From: Candidatus Daviesbacteria bacterium
GTDB taxonomy: Bacteria > Patescibacteriota > Microgenomatia > Daviesbacterales > UBA10151
Assembly (NCBI GenBank): GCA_016195715.1
Contig: JACPZA010000026.1
Coordinates: forward strand, 20,222-84,221
Reading direction: 5' to 3'
DNA length: 64,000 bases
This document shows, piece after piece, positions 1 through 9,901 of the stretch (position 1 is its first letter; each line of letters starts with the position of its first letter). The notes under the pieces were generated by a model. It searched no databases. It was not told the DNA's origin and saw only the letters and a program-made list of their open reading frames with translations. The position numbers were made by a program, and so were the translations under genes.

Positions 1-49
1 GGTAGGGCTAGCAATCTTAGCTTTAAGCGACGGGGGATTTAAACTCTAA

Positions 50-1060
50 ATGATCTCCCTATCTCTATCAGCTAAAAATCTAGCTGTAATTACCATAGTT
101 ATATTAGTTGCAGCAGTTGTTTTTCTAACTTCAAAATCAACTAATCATCCCAAAAACTTTTTTTCTTACGGCGTTAGTTTTTCTCCAAGTTATGCAACTC
201 ACTTAGGGCTAGACTGGAAACAAACTTATCTAAGCATGCTAACTGATCTAAAAGTGAATTACTTGCGTTTACCAAGTTATTTTTCAGAGATTGAACCCTT
301 CCAAAACCAAACAAATTTTGAGGATTTAGATTTTATGTTAGATCAAGCCAAAGTTCACAACTTAAAAGTTTTATTAGTAGTAGGCTCAAAACAACCCCGC
401 TGGCCAGAGTGTCACCTGCCTGATTGGGTTAAAAATCAACCTCAAAGTGTGCGTCAAGAGCTAATTTTAGAATTCATTCAAAAAGTAGTTTTAAAGTACA
501 AACAAAATCCAACTATTTGGGGCTGGCAAGTTGAAAATGAGCCACTGTTTGATTTTGGCAGTAGCTGTGATAAACCAGATTTTAATTTTTTAAAAAAAGA
601 AGTGGCTTTAGTTAGAAAACTTGACCCTAAAAGAAAAGTAGTGGTAACAGAAACAGGTGAGTGGAGATTATGGAATGAAGCCATGAGTGTATCAGATATC
701 TTAGGAATTAGTTTATATCACAAGTCTTATAACCCAATTTTAGGTTATATTAATTATCCTTTTCCATCCTCAATATATATTCTGAAATCTGATTTAACCA
801 GAAAAATATTTGCTCTTCAAAACCAAAAAACTATTATTACTGAACTTCAGGCTGAACCTTGGTTAAAAGATTCAGTCACCCAGACTAGCTTGGAATTTCA
901 AATTCAAGCCTTTACACCTCTAGATTTTAAAAATAATCTGGAATTTGCTCAAAAAACTGGTTTTGATGAAATCTATTTATGGGGAGTAGAATGGTGGTAT
1001 TTTATGGCTAAATTTAATCATCCAGAATATCTAAAACTAGCTCAAAATTTATTAAATTAA
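50..1060 (+). CDS. Membrane-anchored clan GH-A (TIM-barrel) glycoside hydrolase-like protein, GH5/GH42/GH113-like
   Basis: N-terminal TM helix; WQVENEP motif typical of the catalytic acid/base NEP strand of clan GH-A glycosidases; length fits a TIM barrel. Confidence 0.5.
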   Translation: MISLSLSAKNLAVITIVILVAAVVFLTSKSTNHPKNFFSYGVSFSPSYATHLGLDWKQTYLSMLTDLKVNYLRLPSYFSEIEPFQNQTNFEDLDFMLDQAKVHNLKVLLVVGSKQPRWPECHLPDWVKNQPQSVRQELILEFIQKVVLKYKQNPTIWGWQVENEPLFDFGSSCDKPDFNFLKKEVALVRKLDPKRKVVVTETGEWRLWNEAMSVSDILGISLYHKSYNPILGYINYPFPSSIYILKSDLTRKIFALQNQKTIITELQAEPWLKDSVTQTSLEFQIQAFTPLDFKNNLEFAQKTGFDEIYLWGVEWWYFMAKFNHPEYLKLAQNLLN

Positions 1061-1268
1061 AAAATCCCATAGTTAGCTAATTTCTTACATTTCTAGGTTG
1101 ATATTATTAGCCTATATTTGATATAATTTGCAATACTTTCTTTTAAGCAAAAACTTATCTTAGAATGGATCTATACCCCATTTTGACAATTAAATAAATA
1201 ATTGGCCGATAGGAAAATTGCGCTAAAGAGAAAGTAGAAAGAACTGATCTTTAAATTAAAAGACGGAT

Positions 1269-3485
1269 ATGAGCAAAAAACCAATTGTTTTGGCGCTTTT
1301 AGTTTTGGTGTGGTTACTAACTAGACTTGGTCAACTTCCTATTAAATTAGTTTACTATCTTGCCCTGTTTTTATATACAACTTACCTAAAAATTATCTCT
1401 TTACCAAAGTTTTTTATCCCCAAAAAATCAAGCTTTAATTACCCAAAAAAACCAGCTAAATTAAATACTATTTATTTTAATCAACCAATATCCAAAGAAG
1501 AATTAAAACCTAAAACTCATCATCCCAGCTTAGGATGGAGACTAACTTTAGGCTTAATCCGAAAGAAAAAAAGGGGTCGTCCACGCACTCAACCATACAT
1601 AAGTTATGCTGGAAAAAAAGTCAAACGCTATTCTAATAGATTTTTACCTTCACCACTTCGAGTTGGTCTAGCTTTAATTTTTATCACCGGAGTTTTATTT
1701 GCTTATTCATATTTTTTAATAAACATTGCTCATAATTTACCATCTCCGGAGAGATTAAATGATTTAGCGGAACCGCTAACTTCTAATTTTTACGATCGAC
1801 ATGGCAACCTAATTTATCGACTTTATGAAGGGAGAAATAGAAGTTTAGTTAAATTAAATGACCTCCCAGATTCTTTGAAAAAAGCGACTATCGCTATTGA
1901 AGATAAGCATTTTTATGAACATCCAGGCGTTGATTTTTTTGCTATTATGCGTGCAGTCATTTCAGATGCTCAACAAAGAGAGGTTCAAGGTGGTTCAACT
2001 ATTACCCAACAGTTAATTAAAAATACGCTGCTTACTCCAGAGAGGACTTTTGATCGAAAAATTAAAGAAGTTCTCCTTGCTTATTGGACAGAACGACTTT
2101 TTAACAAAGACCAGATCTTGCAAATGTATTTTAATGAAGCCCCATATGGAGGAACTGCTTGGGGAATTGAAGCGGCTTCAGAAACTTATTTTAATAAAAA
2201 AGCTCATGATTTGGATTTAGCAGAATCTGCATTTTTAGCAGGATTACCTGCTTCTCCAACTGAATACTCACCTTTTGGTGCTCATCCAGAACTAGCCAAA
2301 CAGCGTCAAAGACAAGTTTTGGATCGAATGACAGAGGATAACTATATTTCTAAATCTCAAGCTGATCTGGCTTTCAGCGAAGATCTAAATTTCAACTCCC
2401 CAAATACATTTATTAAAGCACCTCATTTTGTAATGTATATCCGCTCAATTTTAGCTCAAAAATACGGCGAAAAAGTTGTTTCTCAAGGAGGATTACAAGT
2501 TTATACCACAATTGATTTAGATGCCCAAGCTATGGCTGAAAAAGTGGTATCAGAAGAGGTAGAAAAACTTGCACCACTTCGAGTCAGCAATGGTGCAGCT
2601 ATGATCACTGATAGCAAATCTGGGGAGATTTTAGCCATGGTAGGTTCAAAAGATTACTTTGATAAAGACGTCGGAAATTTTAATGTCACACTCGCCCCTC
2701 GCCAACCTGGATCTTCTATTAAACCGATCACTTATGCAACTGGCTTTAAACAAGGCTATTCTCCTGGCACAATTTTGCTAGACACCCCAACTGTTTTTAA
2801 AAATGAATGGGAAACTTATGCTCCAGTTAACTATGATGGCAAATTCCATGGCCCAGTCACTATCAGAACTGCCCTTGGTTCATCTTTTAATGTTCCAGCA
2901 GTTAAAATGTTAGCTTTAGTTGGTGTTCCAAATATGATTGCAACAGCTAAAGATTTAGGGATTACTACTTTTACAGATCCTAATAGATATGGACTATCAC
3001 TAACTTTGGGTGGAGGTGAGGTTAGATTAATCGATATGATGAGCGCTTATGGAACTTTTTCTCAAATGGGTATGAAACACACTGCTCAGGGAGTTTTAAA
3101 GGTGGTGGATTCAGCGGGTCAAGTATTAGAAGATAATCAAAACGATCCAGGCGAGCGAGTCTTATCACCAGGGGTTGCTTATTTAATAACCAATATTCTA
3201 ACTGATAATGCTGCTAGAAGCTTAGCTTTTGGACCAAACTCACTACTTTTAATTCCTGGGCATACTGTAGCTGTTAAAACTGGCACAACTGATAATAAAA
3301 GGGATAACTGGACTTTTGGCTATACTCCAGAGTATGTAGTTGGGGTGTGGGTAGGAAATAATAACAATGAACCAATGGATCCACAACTCACATCTGGGAT
3401 AACTGGAGCTGCTCCAATTTGGAATAAAATTATGACTAATCTACTTCTTGATAAGCCAGATTTAGCGTTTGATTACTTTCACTGA
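1269..3485 (+). CDS. mrcA: Bifunctional penicillin-binding protein 1A (GT51 transglycosylase + transpeptidase)
   Basis: GT51 motifs EDKHFYEHPGVD and QGGSTITQQLIKN; transpeptidase motifs SSIKP (SxxK), SFN (SxN), KTGTT (KTG); N-terminal TM. Confidence 0.9.
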   Translation: MSKKPIVLALLVLVWLLTRLGQLPIKLVYYLALFLYTTYLKIISLPKFFIPKKSSFNYPKKPAKLNTIYFNQPISKEELKPKTHHPSLGWRLTLGLIRKKKRGRPRTQPYISYAGKKVKRYSNRFLPSPLRVGLALIFITGVLFAYSYFLINIAHNLPSPERLNDLAEPLTSNFYDRHGNLIYRLYEGRNRSLVKLNDLPDSLKKATIAIEDKHFYEHPGVDFFAIMRAVISDAQQREVQGGSTITQQLIKNTLLTPERTFDRKIKEVLLAYWTERLFNKDQILQMYFNEAPYGGTAWGIEAASETYFNKKAHDLDLAESAFLAGLPASPTEYSPFGAHPELAKQRQRQVLDRMTEDNYISKSQADLAFSEDLNFNSPNTFIKAPHFVMYIRSILAQKYGEKVVSQGGLQVYTTIDLDAQAMAEKVVSEEVEKLAPLRVSNGAAMITDSKSGEILAMVGSKDYFDKDVGNFNVTLAPRQPGSSIKPITYATGFKQGYSPGTILLDTPTVFKNEWETYAPVNYDGKFHGPVTIRTALGSSFNVPAVKMLALVGVPNMIATAKDLGITTFTDPNRYGLSLTLGGGEVRLIDMMSAYGTFSQMGMKHTAQGVLKVVDSAGQVLEDNQNDPGERVLSPGVAYLITNILTDNAARSLAFGPNSLLLIPGHTVAVKTGTTDNKRDNWTFGYTPEYVVGVWVGNNNNEPMDPQLTSGITGAAPIWNKIMTNLLLDKPDLAFDYFH

Positions 3486-3533
3486 TCCATTTACAACCTA
3501 TATTCCAGATTCAAACTCTGCTCCTAAGCAACC

Positions 3534-4061
3534 TTAACGTCTAGTAGGTTTATAAAGAAAAGATCTGGTAAATAAAGGTAATGTCTCAAAGGGTGGAATA
3601 GAACCGTGTTTGTCATGAGCGCCCCAAATCTTATTTAATCTCAATATAAACTCAGCCGGAATCATGCCATGTAAGGAAGGATCCTCTAAATCAGTGTAGT
3701 AGCTTGCTGGACAACAAGTCGCCCTAACTAGTACAGGTAAATTTTTAGAGTTAGGATGCGTGGTTAACATTTTTAGACGATCTATAACTTGGCCATTACC
3801 AGACCCAGTAATTACTTCAGGTGATTTTCCATTAGGGTTCCCATCACATAAAGCCTGTCGTTCAGCAAAAACTTCCTCTCTAGTGTAACCATTAGCAGGT
3901 CTACCTCTTCTGCTAACTCCACAAACTCTTTCGCCATCTTTTAATATAGCCCTACTGGGTAATTCACCAGTTGTCAAACAACCTCCTGTAATTGGATCAT
4001 ATTTAGGGCAAGAGCCAACAACTGCTAGCTTAGCTTCTAAATTTATCATAGTTGTTGGCAA
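3534..4061 (-). CDS. Hypothetical cysteine-rich protein (no recognisable family); GC looks higher than its neighbours
   Basis: 175-aa ORF with many Cys (CPKYDPITGGC, ATCCPASYY); visibly more G/C than flanking genes. Confidence 0.3.
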   Translation of the reverse strand: MPTTMINLEAKLAVVGSCPKYDPITGGCLTTGELPSRAILKDGERVCGVSRRGRPANGYTREEVFAERQALCDGNPNGKSPEVITGSGNGQVIDRLKMLTTHPNSKNLPVLVRATCCPASYYTDLEDPSLHGMIPAEFILRLNKIWGAHDKHGSIPPFETLPLFTRSFLYKPTRR

Positions 4062-4091
4062 GTTTAGATCAATTGATAAGAAAATTCAAGG

Positions 4092-4490
4092 CTAGCTATT
4101 TAATACCATCCAACCTCGCTGGTCACTCTTTTGAATTTTAACTGGCGGGGTGATAAATTTTTCCACTTGATCTATAAAAATTAAAGTTAAATATTTAATC
4201 TGCTCTTTATTTTTTAAATCTAATTTTTCATTGTAGATTGATTCAATTATTTTCCAATCCTCTTTTATTATTCCCTCAAAACTAATAATTTTTTTAATTT
4301 TAAATTGACCAATTATTTCTTTACCAGTTGGCTTTATATAAACTAAATCACCAATATTAACTACACTAAATGGGGGAATTCTTTTTTGTGAAGCTCTAAG
4401 TTCAATAACCTTTGTTCCATTTAAAACTTGTTCTGTGTGAGTTAAAGAAAAAATTGCCAAATGCTTTCTCATTGCACTGGGAATATACAC
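4092..4490 (-). CDS. ASCH (PUA-like) domain protein
   Basis: Small beta-barrel-like protein; VIELRASQKRIPPFSVVNIGDLVYIKPTG pattern resembles ASCH domains. Confidence 0.4.
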   Translation of the reverse strand: MYIPSAMRKHLAIFSLTHTEQVLNGTKVIELRASQKRIPPFSVVNIGDLVYIKPTGKEIIGQFKIKKIISFEGIIKEDWKIIESIYNEKLDLKNKEQIKYLTLIFIDQVEKFITPPVKIQKSDQRGWMVLNS

Positions 4491-4516
4491 CCTAGAGGCT
4501 GCAGCTACAATATGTT

Positions 4517-4720
4517 ATGATTGAGGCTAAGATTTTTATGAAGCCACTTGATTTTTTACGTACAGTTAAAGTAGAATTAGACAAAGTTGTTTGGCCGACA
4601 AGAGATCAAACAATTAAGCTTACGACTATTGTAATCTTAGTTACATTAATCGTAGGCTTTTTTATTGGCGGAATAGACTTGCTGCTCACTAAGTTGACTG
4701 AGCTATTGCTAAATAGATAG
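4517..4720 (+). CDS. secE: Preprotein translocase subunit SecE
   Basis: 67 aa with a single C-terminal TM; sits immediately upstream of nusG-rplK-rplA (conserved secE-nusG context); WPTRDQ motif. Confidence 0.7.
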   Translation: MIEAKIFMKPLDFLRTVKVELDKVVWPTRDQTIKLTTIVILVTLIVGFFIGGIDLLLTKLTELLLNR

Positions 4721-4810
4721 ATTCCGACAACAGGCTCTGCCTGATTGGCATAACAAGAGGCAGTTATTTATAGCTGACTCATTGGAGGAACAGGGAGGAA
4801 TAAAAATTTT

Positions 4811-5689
4811 ATGAATGATGATGACAAAAATCAAAATATGAAGAATCAACCAGTTACTGAGCAACCAAGCGCAGAAGCAACTGAACCAGAACAAAAAGCT
4901 ACTACAGAAGATGATGCAGAAAAAGTTGAGGTTCCAGAACCAACTATCTCTTATGATGAACTTCCTACTGAGGAATCCTACTCCGCCAAGGCTACGCAGG
5001 ACAAGGAAGCCAAAAACACCTCAATTGATAATTCACAGCCAGACATGGGCGAGTCAGCCACTCAAACTGATTTAAAACCAGATAACGAGAATCAGGCCGG
5101 GGTGGATGAATCTGCAGTTACTCCTCAATCAACAGACCAGGTTACGTCAGATTCATCCAATCCTAACGCTAAATGGTATGTAGTTCACACTTACTCAGGT
5201 CATGAAAATAAAGTCTCACAAGCGCTAAAACAGCGAATTGAATCAGAACATTTAGAACATAAAATTATTGATGTGTTAGTGCCAACTCAAGATAAAATAG
5301 AAATTAAAGCTGGTAAAAAAGAACAAGTTAAAGAAAAAATCTTTCCTGGATATATTTTAGTTAAAATGGTTTTAGATGATGCAAGTTGGCTTGCTGTTAG
5401 AACCACCCAAGGTGTAACTAGCTTTGTAGGGATTGGTAATAAACCCACCCCAATTCCAGATCATGAAGTTAAAACCATTGTTAAATTCATGAGTCAGGGT
5501 GCAACTTCCACCTTTAAAGATGTTTATGCAATTAATGATACAATTAAAATTATTGATGGACCATTCTCTGAATTTATTGGTAAAGTAGATACAGTTGATA
5601 AAGAAAAAGGTAAAGTCAGAGTTCTAGTTTCAATCTTTGGTAGGGAAACTCCAGTTGAACTAGACTTTTTACAAGTCCAAAAACTATAA
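4811..5689 (+). CDS. nusG: Transcription antitermination factor NusG with ~110-aa acidic low-complexity N-terminal extension
   Basis: NGN domain ([15 protein letters not shown]) and C-terminal KOW ([24 protein letters not shown]); GGAGG SD upstream. Confidence 0.9.
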   Translation: MNDDDKNQNMKNQPVTEQPSAEATEPEQKATTEDDAEKVEVPEPTISYDELPTEESYSAKATQDKEAKNTSIDNSQPDMGESATQTDLKPDNENQAGVDESAVTPQSTDQVTSDSSNPNAKWYVVHTYSGHENKVSQALKQRIESEHLEHKIIDVLVPTQDKIEIKAGKKEQVKEKIFPGYILVKMVLDDASWLAVRTTQGVTSFVGIGNKPTPIPDHEVKTIVKFMSQGATSTFKDVYAINDTIKIIDGPFSEFIGKVDTVDKEKGKVRVLVSIFGRETPVELDFLQVQKL

Positions 5690-5693
5690 ATCT

Positions 5694-6119
5694 ATGCCAG
5701 TAAAAAAGATTAAAACCTACATTAAATTAAATATTCCAGCAGGCTCTGCCACAGCTGCTCCACCAGTTGGGCCAGCTTTAGGTCAACATGGTTTGCCAAT
5801 CATGGACTTTGTCAAAGCTTTTAATGAGAGAACTAAAGAAAAATCAGGTAATATTTTACCAGTGGTAATTACTGTGTTTGATGATCGGACTTTTTCTTTT
5901 ATCACTAAAGAGCCACCAGTTGCTGAGATGATTAAAAAAGCTTTAAAGTTAGAAAAAGCTTCTGGCAAAGCAGGTAGAGAATTTGCTGGAACTTTAACTA
6001 AATCTCAAGTAGAAGAAATAGCCAAAGCGAAAATGCCAGATTTAAATGCTAATGACATTCCTGCTGCTATGAAAATAGTAGAAGGAACAGCCAGATCTAT
6101 GGGAGTAAAGGTCCAATAA
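5694..6119 (+). CDS. rplK: 50S ribosomal protein L11
   Basis: Canonical L11 N-terminus [33 protein letters not shown]. Confidence 0.95.
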   Translation: MPVKKIKTYIKLNIPAGSATAAPPVGPALGQHGLPIMDFVKAFNERTKEKSGNILPVVITVFDDRTFSFITKEPPVAEMIKKALKLEKASGKAGREFAGTLTKSQVEEIAKAKMPDLNANDIPAAMKIVEGTARSMGVKVQ

Positions 6120-6120
6120 A

Positions 6121-7050
6121 ATGGGTAAAACTAAAACAAAAATTATTGATGATTCAAAACCAGTTGAGGAGGTAAAAAAGCCTCAAGTTAAAGACGCAAA
6201 AAAACCCAAAGATGCATTAGCTGCCTCACTTTTGGAAGAGTTAAATAAAGAATTTGGTGAAGTTGAAAAAAAGCCTGAGAAAGAGAAAAGCCCTAAGGGT
6301 GAAGAGGAAAGTAAAAAGATTGAGAAAAAATCAGTCCAAGTTGAGGAAAAAAAGGCAGAAAAAGAGACTCCAAAACCAGGCAAAGTTAAACCCAGAAGTA
6401 AAAAATACAAAGAAATTGCCAGTTTGATTGATCCAAATCAAAAATATAAACTTCTTGAGGCAATTGAACTAGCTAAAAAAACTGCTTATTCCAAATTCCC
6501 TGGCACAATGGAAGCACACATTAATACTCATTTTAAAAATATCAGGGGTTTAGTGTCTTTGCCTTTTGCATCAGGAAAGAAATTAACTATCTTAGCTTTT
6601 CCCCCTTCGTCAAAGACTTCGGAGGGACAAGTGGAAGAGCTTGAGGAGATGGGAGTTATGGTAGGAACTGACGAAAAGATTGCGGAGTTGGAAAAAGGTA
6701 AGGGAATTAACTTTGATGTTTTAGTCACAACTCCAGAATGGATGAGCAAATTAGCTAAAGTTGCCAGAGTTTTAGGTCCAAAGGGGCTAATGCCAAATCC
6801 AAAAAATGGCACTATTTCTGACGACCTAAAAAAGACTGTTGCAGAGCTACAAGGTGGTAAAGTTGAGTATAAAACTGAAGCTAACAATCAAGTCATTCAT
6901 TTAGGTGTTGGCAAGGTTAATCAGCCAGCAGAAGAGATCGCAGCTAATATTAAGATCCTTTTTTCCATAATTGGCAAATCAAAAATTAAAAAAATTACTC
7001 TCTCTCCTACCATGGGTGCTGGTGTTAAAGTAGATTTAGCCTCAATTTAA
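6121..7050 (+). CDS. rplA: 50S ribosomal protein L1 with ~90-aa Lys/Glu-rich N-terminal extension
   Basis: L1 core (KKYKEIASLIDPNQKYKLLEAIELAKKTAYSKF, ...GPKGLMPNPKNGT); start overlaps rplK stop. Confidence 0.9.
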   Translation: MGKTKTKIIDDSKPVEEVKKPQVKDAKKPKDALAASLLEELNKEFGEVEKKPEKEKSPKGEEESKKIEKKSVQVEEKKAEKETPKPGKVKPRSKKYKEIASLIDPNQKYKLLEAIELAKKTAYSKFPGTMEAHINTHFKNIRGLVSLPFASGKKLTILAFPPSSKTSEGQVEELEEMGVMVGTDEKIAELEKGKGINFDVLVTTPEWMSKLAKVARVLGPKGLMPNPKNGTISDDLKKTVAELQGGKVEYKTEANNQVIHLGVGKVNQPAEEIAANIKILFSIIGKSKIKKITLSPTMGAGVKVDLASI

Positions 7051-8075
7051 GCTTTTCTAAAAACCTTCTTAAAGACTAAATTTAGATCAAATTTTAAAAA
7101 ATATAAGGAAGCTAGGCCAGATATTAGTATGGCTATTGTTGTTAATAAGTGATTTAAAACTGCCACGGCTGAGGCAAGATTTGGGTTTAATCCTAAAATT
7201 CCTCCAAAAACTGCTAAACCAGCTGCTTCAGCTGAGCCAATGTAACCAGGTGCGGAAGGAATTAAAAAAGTTAAAGCTGAGATTAAACTACCCAAAAGTG
7301 TTTTTGCTAAACCTAAATTGATATTTAAAGAGGCGAATATAAAAAACCAAATAAAAGCATCAGAAAAAAGTGCCAGTAAAGAAATCAAAATTAGCTGAAG
7401 TAGTTCTAAGGGGTGGCGATCTAAAATCTCAAAGCCTTCAATAACAGTTAAAGTAGTATTTAAAAAAGTCCTCTTTAGCTTGGGAAAAAATAAAAATGAA
7501 CTGAAAAACTCCAAGATTTTCTTGGATAGAAAAATACTTTTAATCATTAAAATAGTTAAAATTGTAAAAATAAGTAACACTAAAAATACAATTAATTGAA
7601 AATTGCTTGGTAATTTAATCGCTACAAATAAAATCAAAATTGAAATTAACATTAAATTACCCCAAAAATCCAAGAATCGATCAAGTAAAATCCAAATTAC
7701 TGATTTAGTTAAAGGGAGAGAATATTGAGTACTTAAGTAAACGCTTTTAGAAATTTCGCCGACTCTAAGTGGAATGATAAAAGAGAGTAATTGACTTAAA
7801 AAACTTAAAAAAATTAAATTTTTCAAAGGAATTGAGATTGAATTTAAAAGTATTTTTAATCTAATTGACCGCAAAACCGAAGATATAGCAAAAAAAGCTA
7901 ATACTCCAAAAATATATTTTAAATCAGTGGTTTTTAAAACTTTTAACAACTCAGATAAATTAACAAACTTAAGCCAAATTAAAACTAATACCACTCCAAC
8001 TAAGCTGTTAATTAAAATTCTCAAAAAAGCTTTGAAAGAAAGCATGGAATAATAGTATATTAAAGATATGCTCAA
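7047..8075 (-). CDS. Polytopic membrane protein, UPF0104/flippase-like (LPG-synthase TM-region family)
   Basis: About 8 TM helices; FFAISSVLRSIRLKILL segment typical of UPF0104-type proteins. Confidence 0.45.
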   Translation of the reverse strand: MSISLIYYYSMLSFKAFLRILINSLVGVVLVLIWLKFVNLSELLKVLKTTDLKYIFGVLAFFAISSVLRSIRLKILLNSISIPLKNLIFLSFLSQLLSFIIPLRVGEISKSVYLSTQYSLPLTKSVIWILLDRFLDFWGNLMLISILILFVAIKLPSNFQLIVFLVLLIFTILTILMIKSIFLSKKILEFFSSFLFFPKLKRTFLNTTLTVIEGFEILDRHPLELLQLILISLLALFSDAFIWFFIFASLNINLGLAKTLLGSLISALTFLIPSAPGYIGSAEAAGLAVFGGILGLNPNLASAVAVLNHLLTTIAILISGLASLYFLKFDLNLVFKKVFRKA

Positions 8076-8943
8076 AGTAAATCTGCCCGACTTTTTTAGT
8101 AGTCAAAAACTTTGGATAGTAATCTTTCTTATTATAATCATTGCTATACCTACTGGAGCTTTTTTAATCAAGCAGCGGCGTGACACTCAAAATAACACTT
8201 TACAACAAAACTACAATAAAACTGTTACTAAAGATTCAACCTCTAGTGCTAAAGAAGTGCCTAAAAACTTACCAATTGATGTAATTTTAAATGGTGGCTC
8301 TGACAGCTCAAACTCTGCTTCAGCTTCGCAAACTCCAGCTGCTCAAATTAACTTTGGACCAACGCTAAATTTTAAAGTTAACTTAGAAGGAAGACCGGCA
8401 AGCAACCAAGCTACGAGTAATATGTTTGTAGGTATAGCTGCAGGTTCTATCCCTACTACTAATCCCCAATATTTGCTTACTTTTACTGTACCTATTGGAG
8501 CAGATGGATCTTATTCTGGTCTATCACTAGCTGGTCTTACTATTGGTAATACCTATTTAGCTTATTTAAAAGGGCCAGCTCAAATTGCCAGTTCTAGCGC
8601 CTTTGTGGTTCAACCAGCCTCGGCTAATTTAAACTCAGGAACACCTCTAACTTTATTAACTGGAGATTTAAATGAAGACAATATTATCAATAGCCTAGAT
8701 TATGGACTGGCCAAAAATAACTTTGGAACAACATCTAGCTCTGCCAATTGGAACGCAAATATGGACTTTAATTTAGATGGGATTATTAATGTCATAGATT
8801 TAGGTTATATCAGAAAAAATTTAAATAAAGTTGGTGATGGCAATTTATATATCTCCAGAGTTTCCACCACCTCAGCTATTTTAAACCAACCCAGCCAGGG
8901 TGGAGTTGAGGGTGGCTATTGGATGTGGTTTCCTAAATTCTAA
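8068..8943 (+). CDS. Secreted/TM-anchored protein with C-terminal dockerin-like domain
   Basis: N-terminal TM; duplicated Ca-binding dockerin loops GDLNEDNIINSLDYGLAKNN and NLDGIINVIDLGYIRKNL. Confidence 0.55.
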   Translation: MLKVNLPDFFSSQKLWIVIFLIIIIAIPTGAFLIKQRRDTQNNTLQQNYNKTVTKDSTSSAKEVPKNLPIDVILNGGSDSSNSASASQTPAAQINFGPTLNFKVNLEGRPASNQATSNMFVGIAAGSIPTTNPQYLLTFTVPIGADGSYSGLSLAGLTIGNTYLAYLKGPAQIASSSAFVVQPASANLNSGTPLTLLTGDLNEDNIINSLDYGLAKNNFGTTSSSANWNANMDFNLDGIINVIDLGYIRKNLNKVGDGNLYISRVSTTSAILNQPSQGGVEGGYWMWFPKF

Positions 8944-8982
8944 TTGCTTGCTTTTTAAAAATGTTATGTTAGAATTCTGTCC

Positions 8983-9759
8983 ATGAGTTCAGTCTCATAT
9001 CCTGAATTAACAGGACCGATGGCAGGGCTTGAGAGTTGGCTTTCAAGTCAGTTGTCAGAGATTCCAGAGTTAGTTAGTAAGGCAAGACAAACACTTCAAT
9101 ATCCATTAGATAAATATGGTCATCCCGAAGGGTTGGGATCCAGAGTTTTAAGATTTCAGTGTCCTGGCAATACTTTGTCGCTTAAACTACCTATTACAAT
9201 ATTAGGTTTAGCCCAGGCTTTAGGCATGGTTGATTATCCACAAATTGCTTATAAAGGTAAAGCTGCAGAAAAATATCAAATCAGGGGGGTAATTTTAAAA
9301 ACATCACCCGAGCAGACGGATGTACAATCTAATCAACAAGGAGAAAATATACAAATTGATCCGCAAGGGACGAAACCAAATCAAACAGGTTTTAGTGGTC
9401 ATATAAAACCTGATTCATATTATGTTTATCTTAGAGGTGATACCCCTTGTAGGTGGGGAAGAATACAGATGTATGTTCCATCAAATAAGGGTAATGAAGT
9501 ATTACCAACTCTTGCTTTTACAGCATTCAAAGGAAATACTTTTGTAGATAGCTGCCCTTTAGTTGCTAGACTTAAAGATGAACTTCAATGTGAACCAATT
9601 ATTGAAGCCAGGTTCGCCTTACTTTTAGCAGAAGCTGTGACAAGAGAGGTTTTAATTGGACAAAATGGTTCTAATTTAATTGTCCCTAAGAACTGGAGTA
9701 GAGCTAACAATGTTAGGTTAACGGGCAGACCGGCACATCCTTGTTCTAATTTTCATTAA
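8983..9759 (+). CDS. Hypothetical protein; GC looks higher than its neighbours
   Basis: 258-aa ORF with no recognisable motifs; composition visibly richer in G/C than flanks. Confidence 0.3.
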   Translation: MSSVSYPELTGPMAGLESWLSSQLSEIPELVSKARQTLQYPLDKYGHPEGLGSRVLRFQCPGNTLSLKLPITILGLAQALGMVDYPQIAYKGKAAEKYQIRGVILKTSPEQTDVQSNQQGENIQIDPQGTKPNQTGFSGHIKPDSYYVYLRGDTPCRWGRIQMYVPSNKGNEVLPTLAFTAFKGNTFVDSCPLVARLKDELQCEPIIEARFALLLAEAVTREVLIGQNGSNLIVPKNWSRANNVRLTGRPAHPCSNFH

Positions 9760-9901
9760 CGCTTCTTTTAGCTACTTTCTAATCTTGTCAAGTCTTTGAT
9801 TAGCTTGCTATAACAGCCTAAACAATTATTAATAAATATATAAAATAATCAGGTGTATAATTCTGTGAATACTAACTTATAGTATTTAGAACTTAAAAAT
9901 T

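Noticed and set aside
478-684. Small antisense or overlapping ORFs (478-684, 5783-5968, 6183-6410, 6528-6887, 7136-7321, 12641-12844, 17539-17896, 19984-20172, 20716-20928, 21224-21708, 22653-23012, 24550-24903, 43558-43764, 44527-44742, 50390-50599, 53319-53579, 54937-55197, 56100-56385, 57446-57748, 60334-60882, 61429-61665, 62952-63170)
   Set aside because: Each is embedded in or antisense to a well-supported longer gene and lacks recognisable motifs; treated as spurious.
3534-4061. Lipoprotein signal (VGSC lipobox-like) on the Cys-rich orphan ORF
   Set aside because: The N-terminus (MPTTMINLEAKLAVVGSC) lacks a basic n-region and a sufficiently long hydrophobic core, so a Sec/lipoprotein signal is unlikely.
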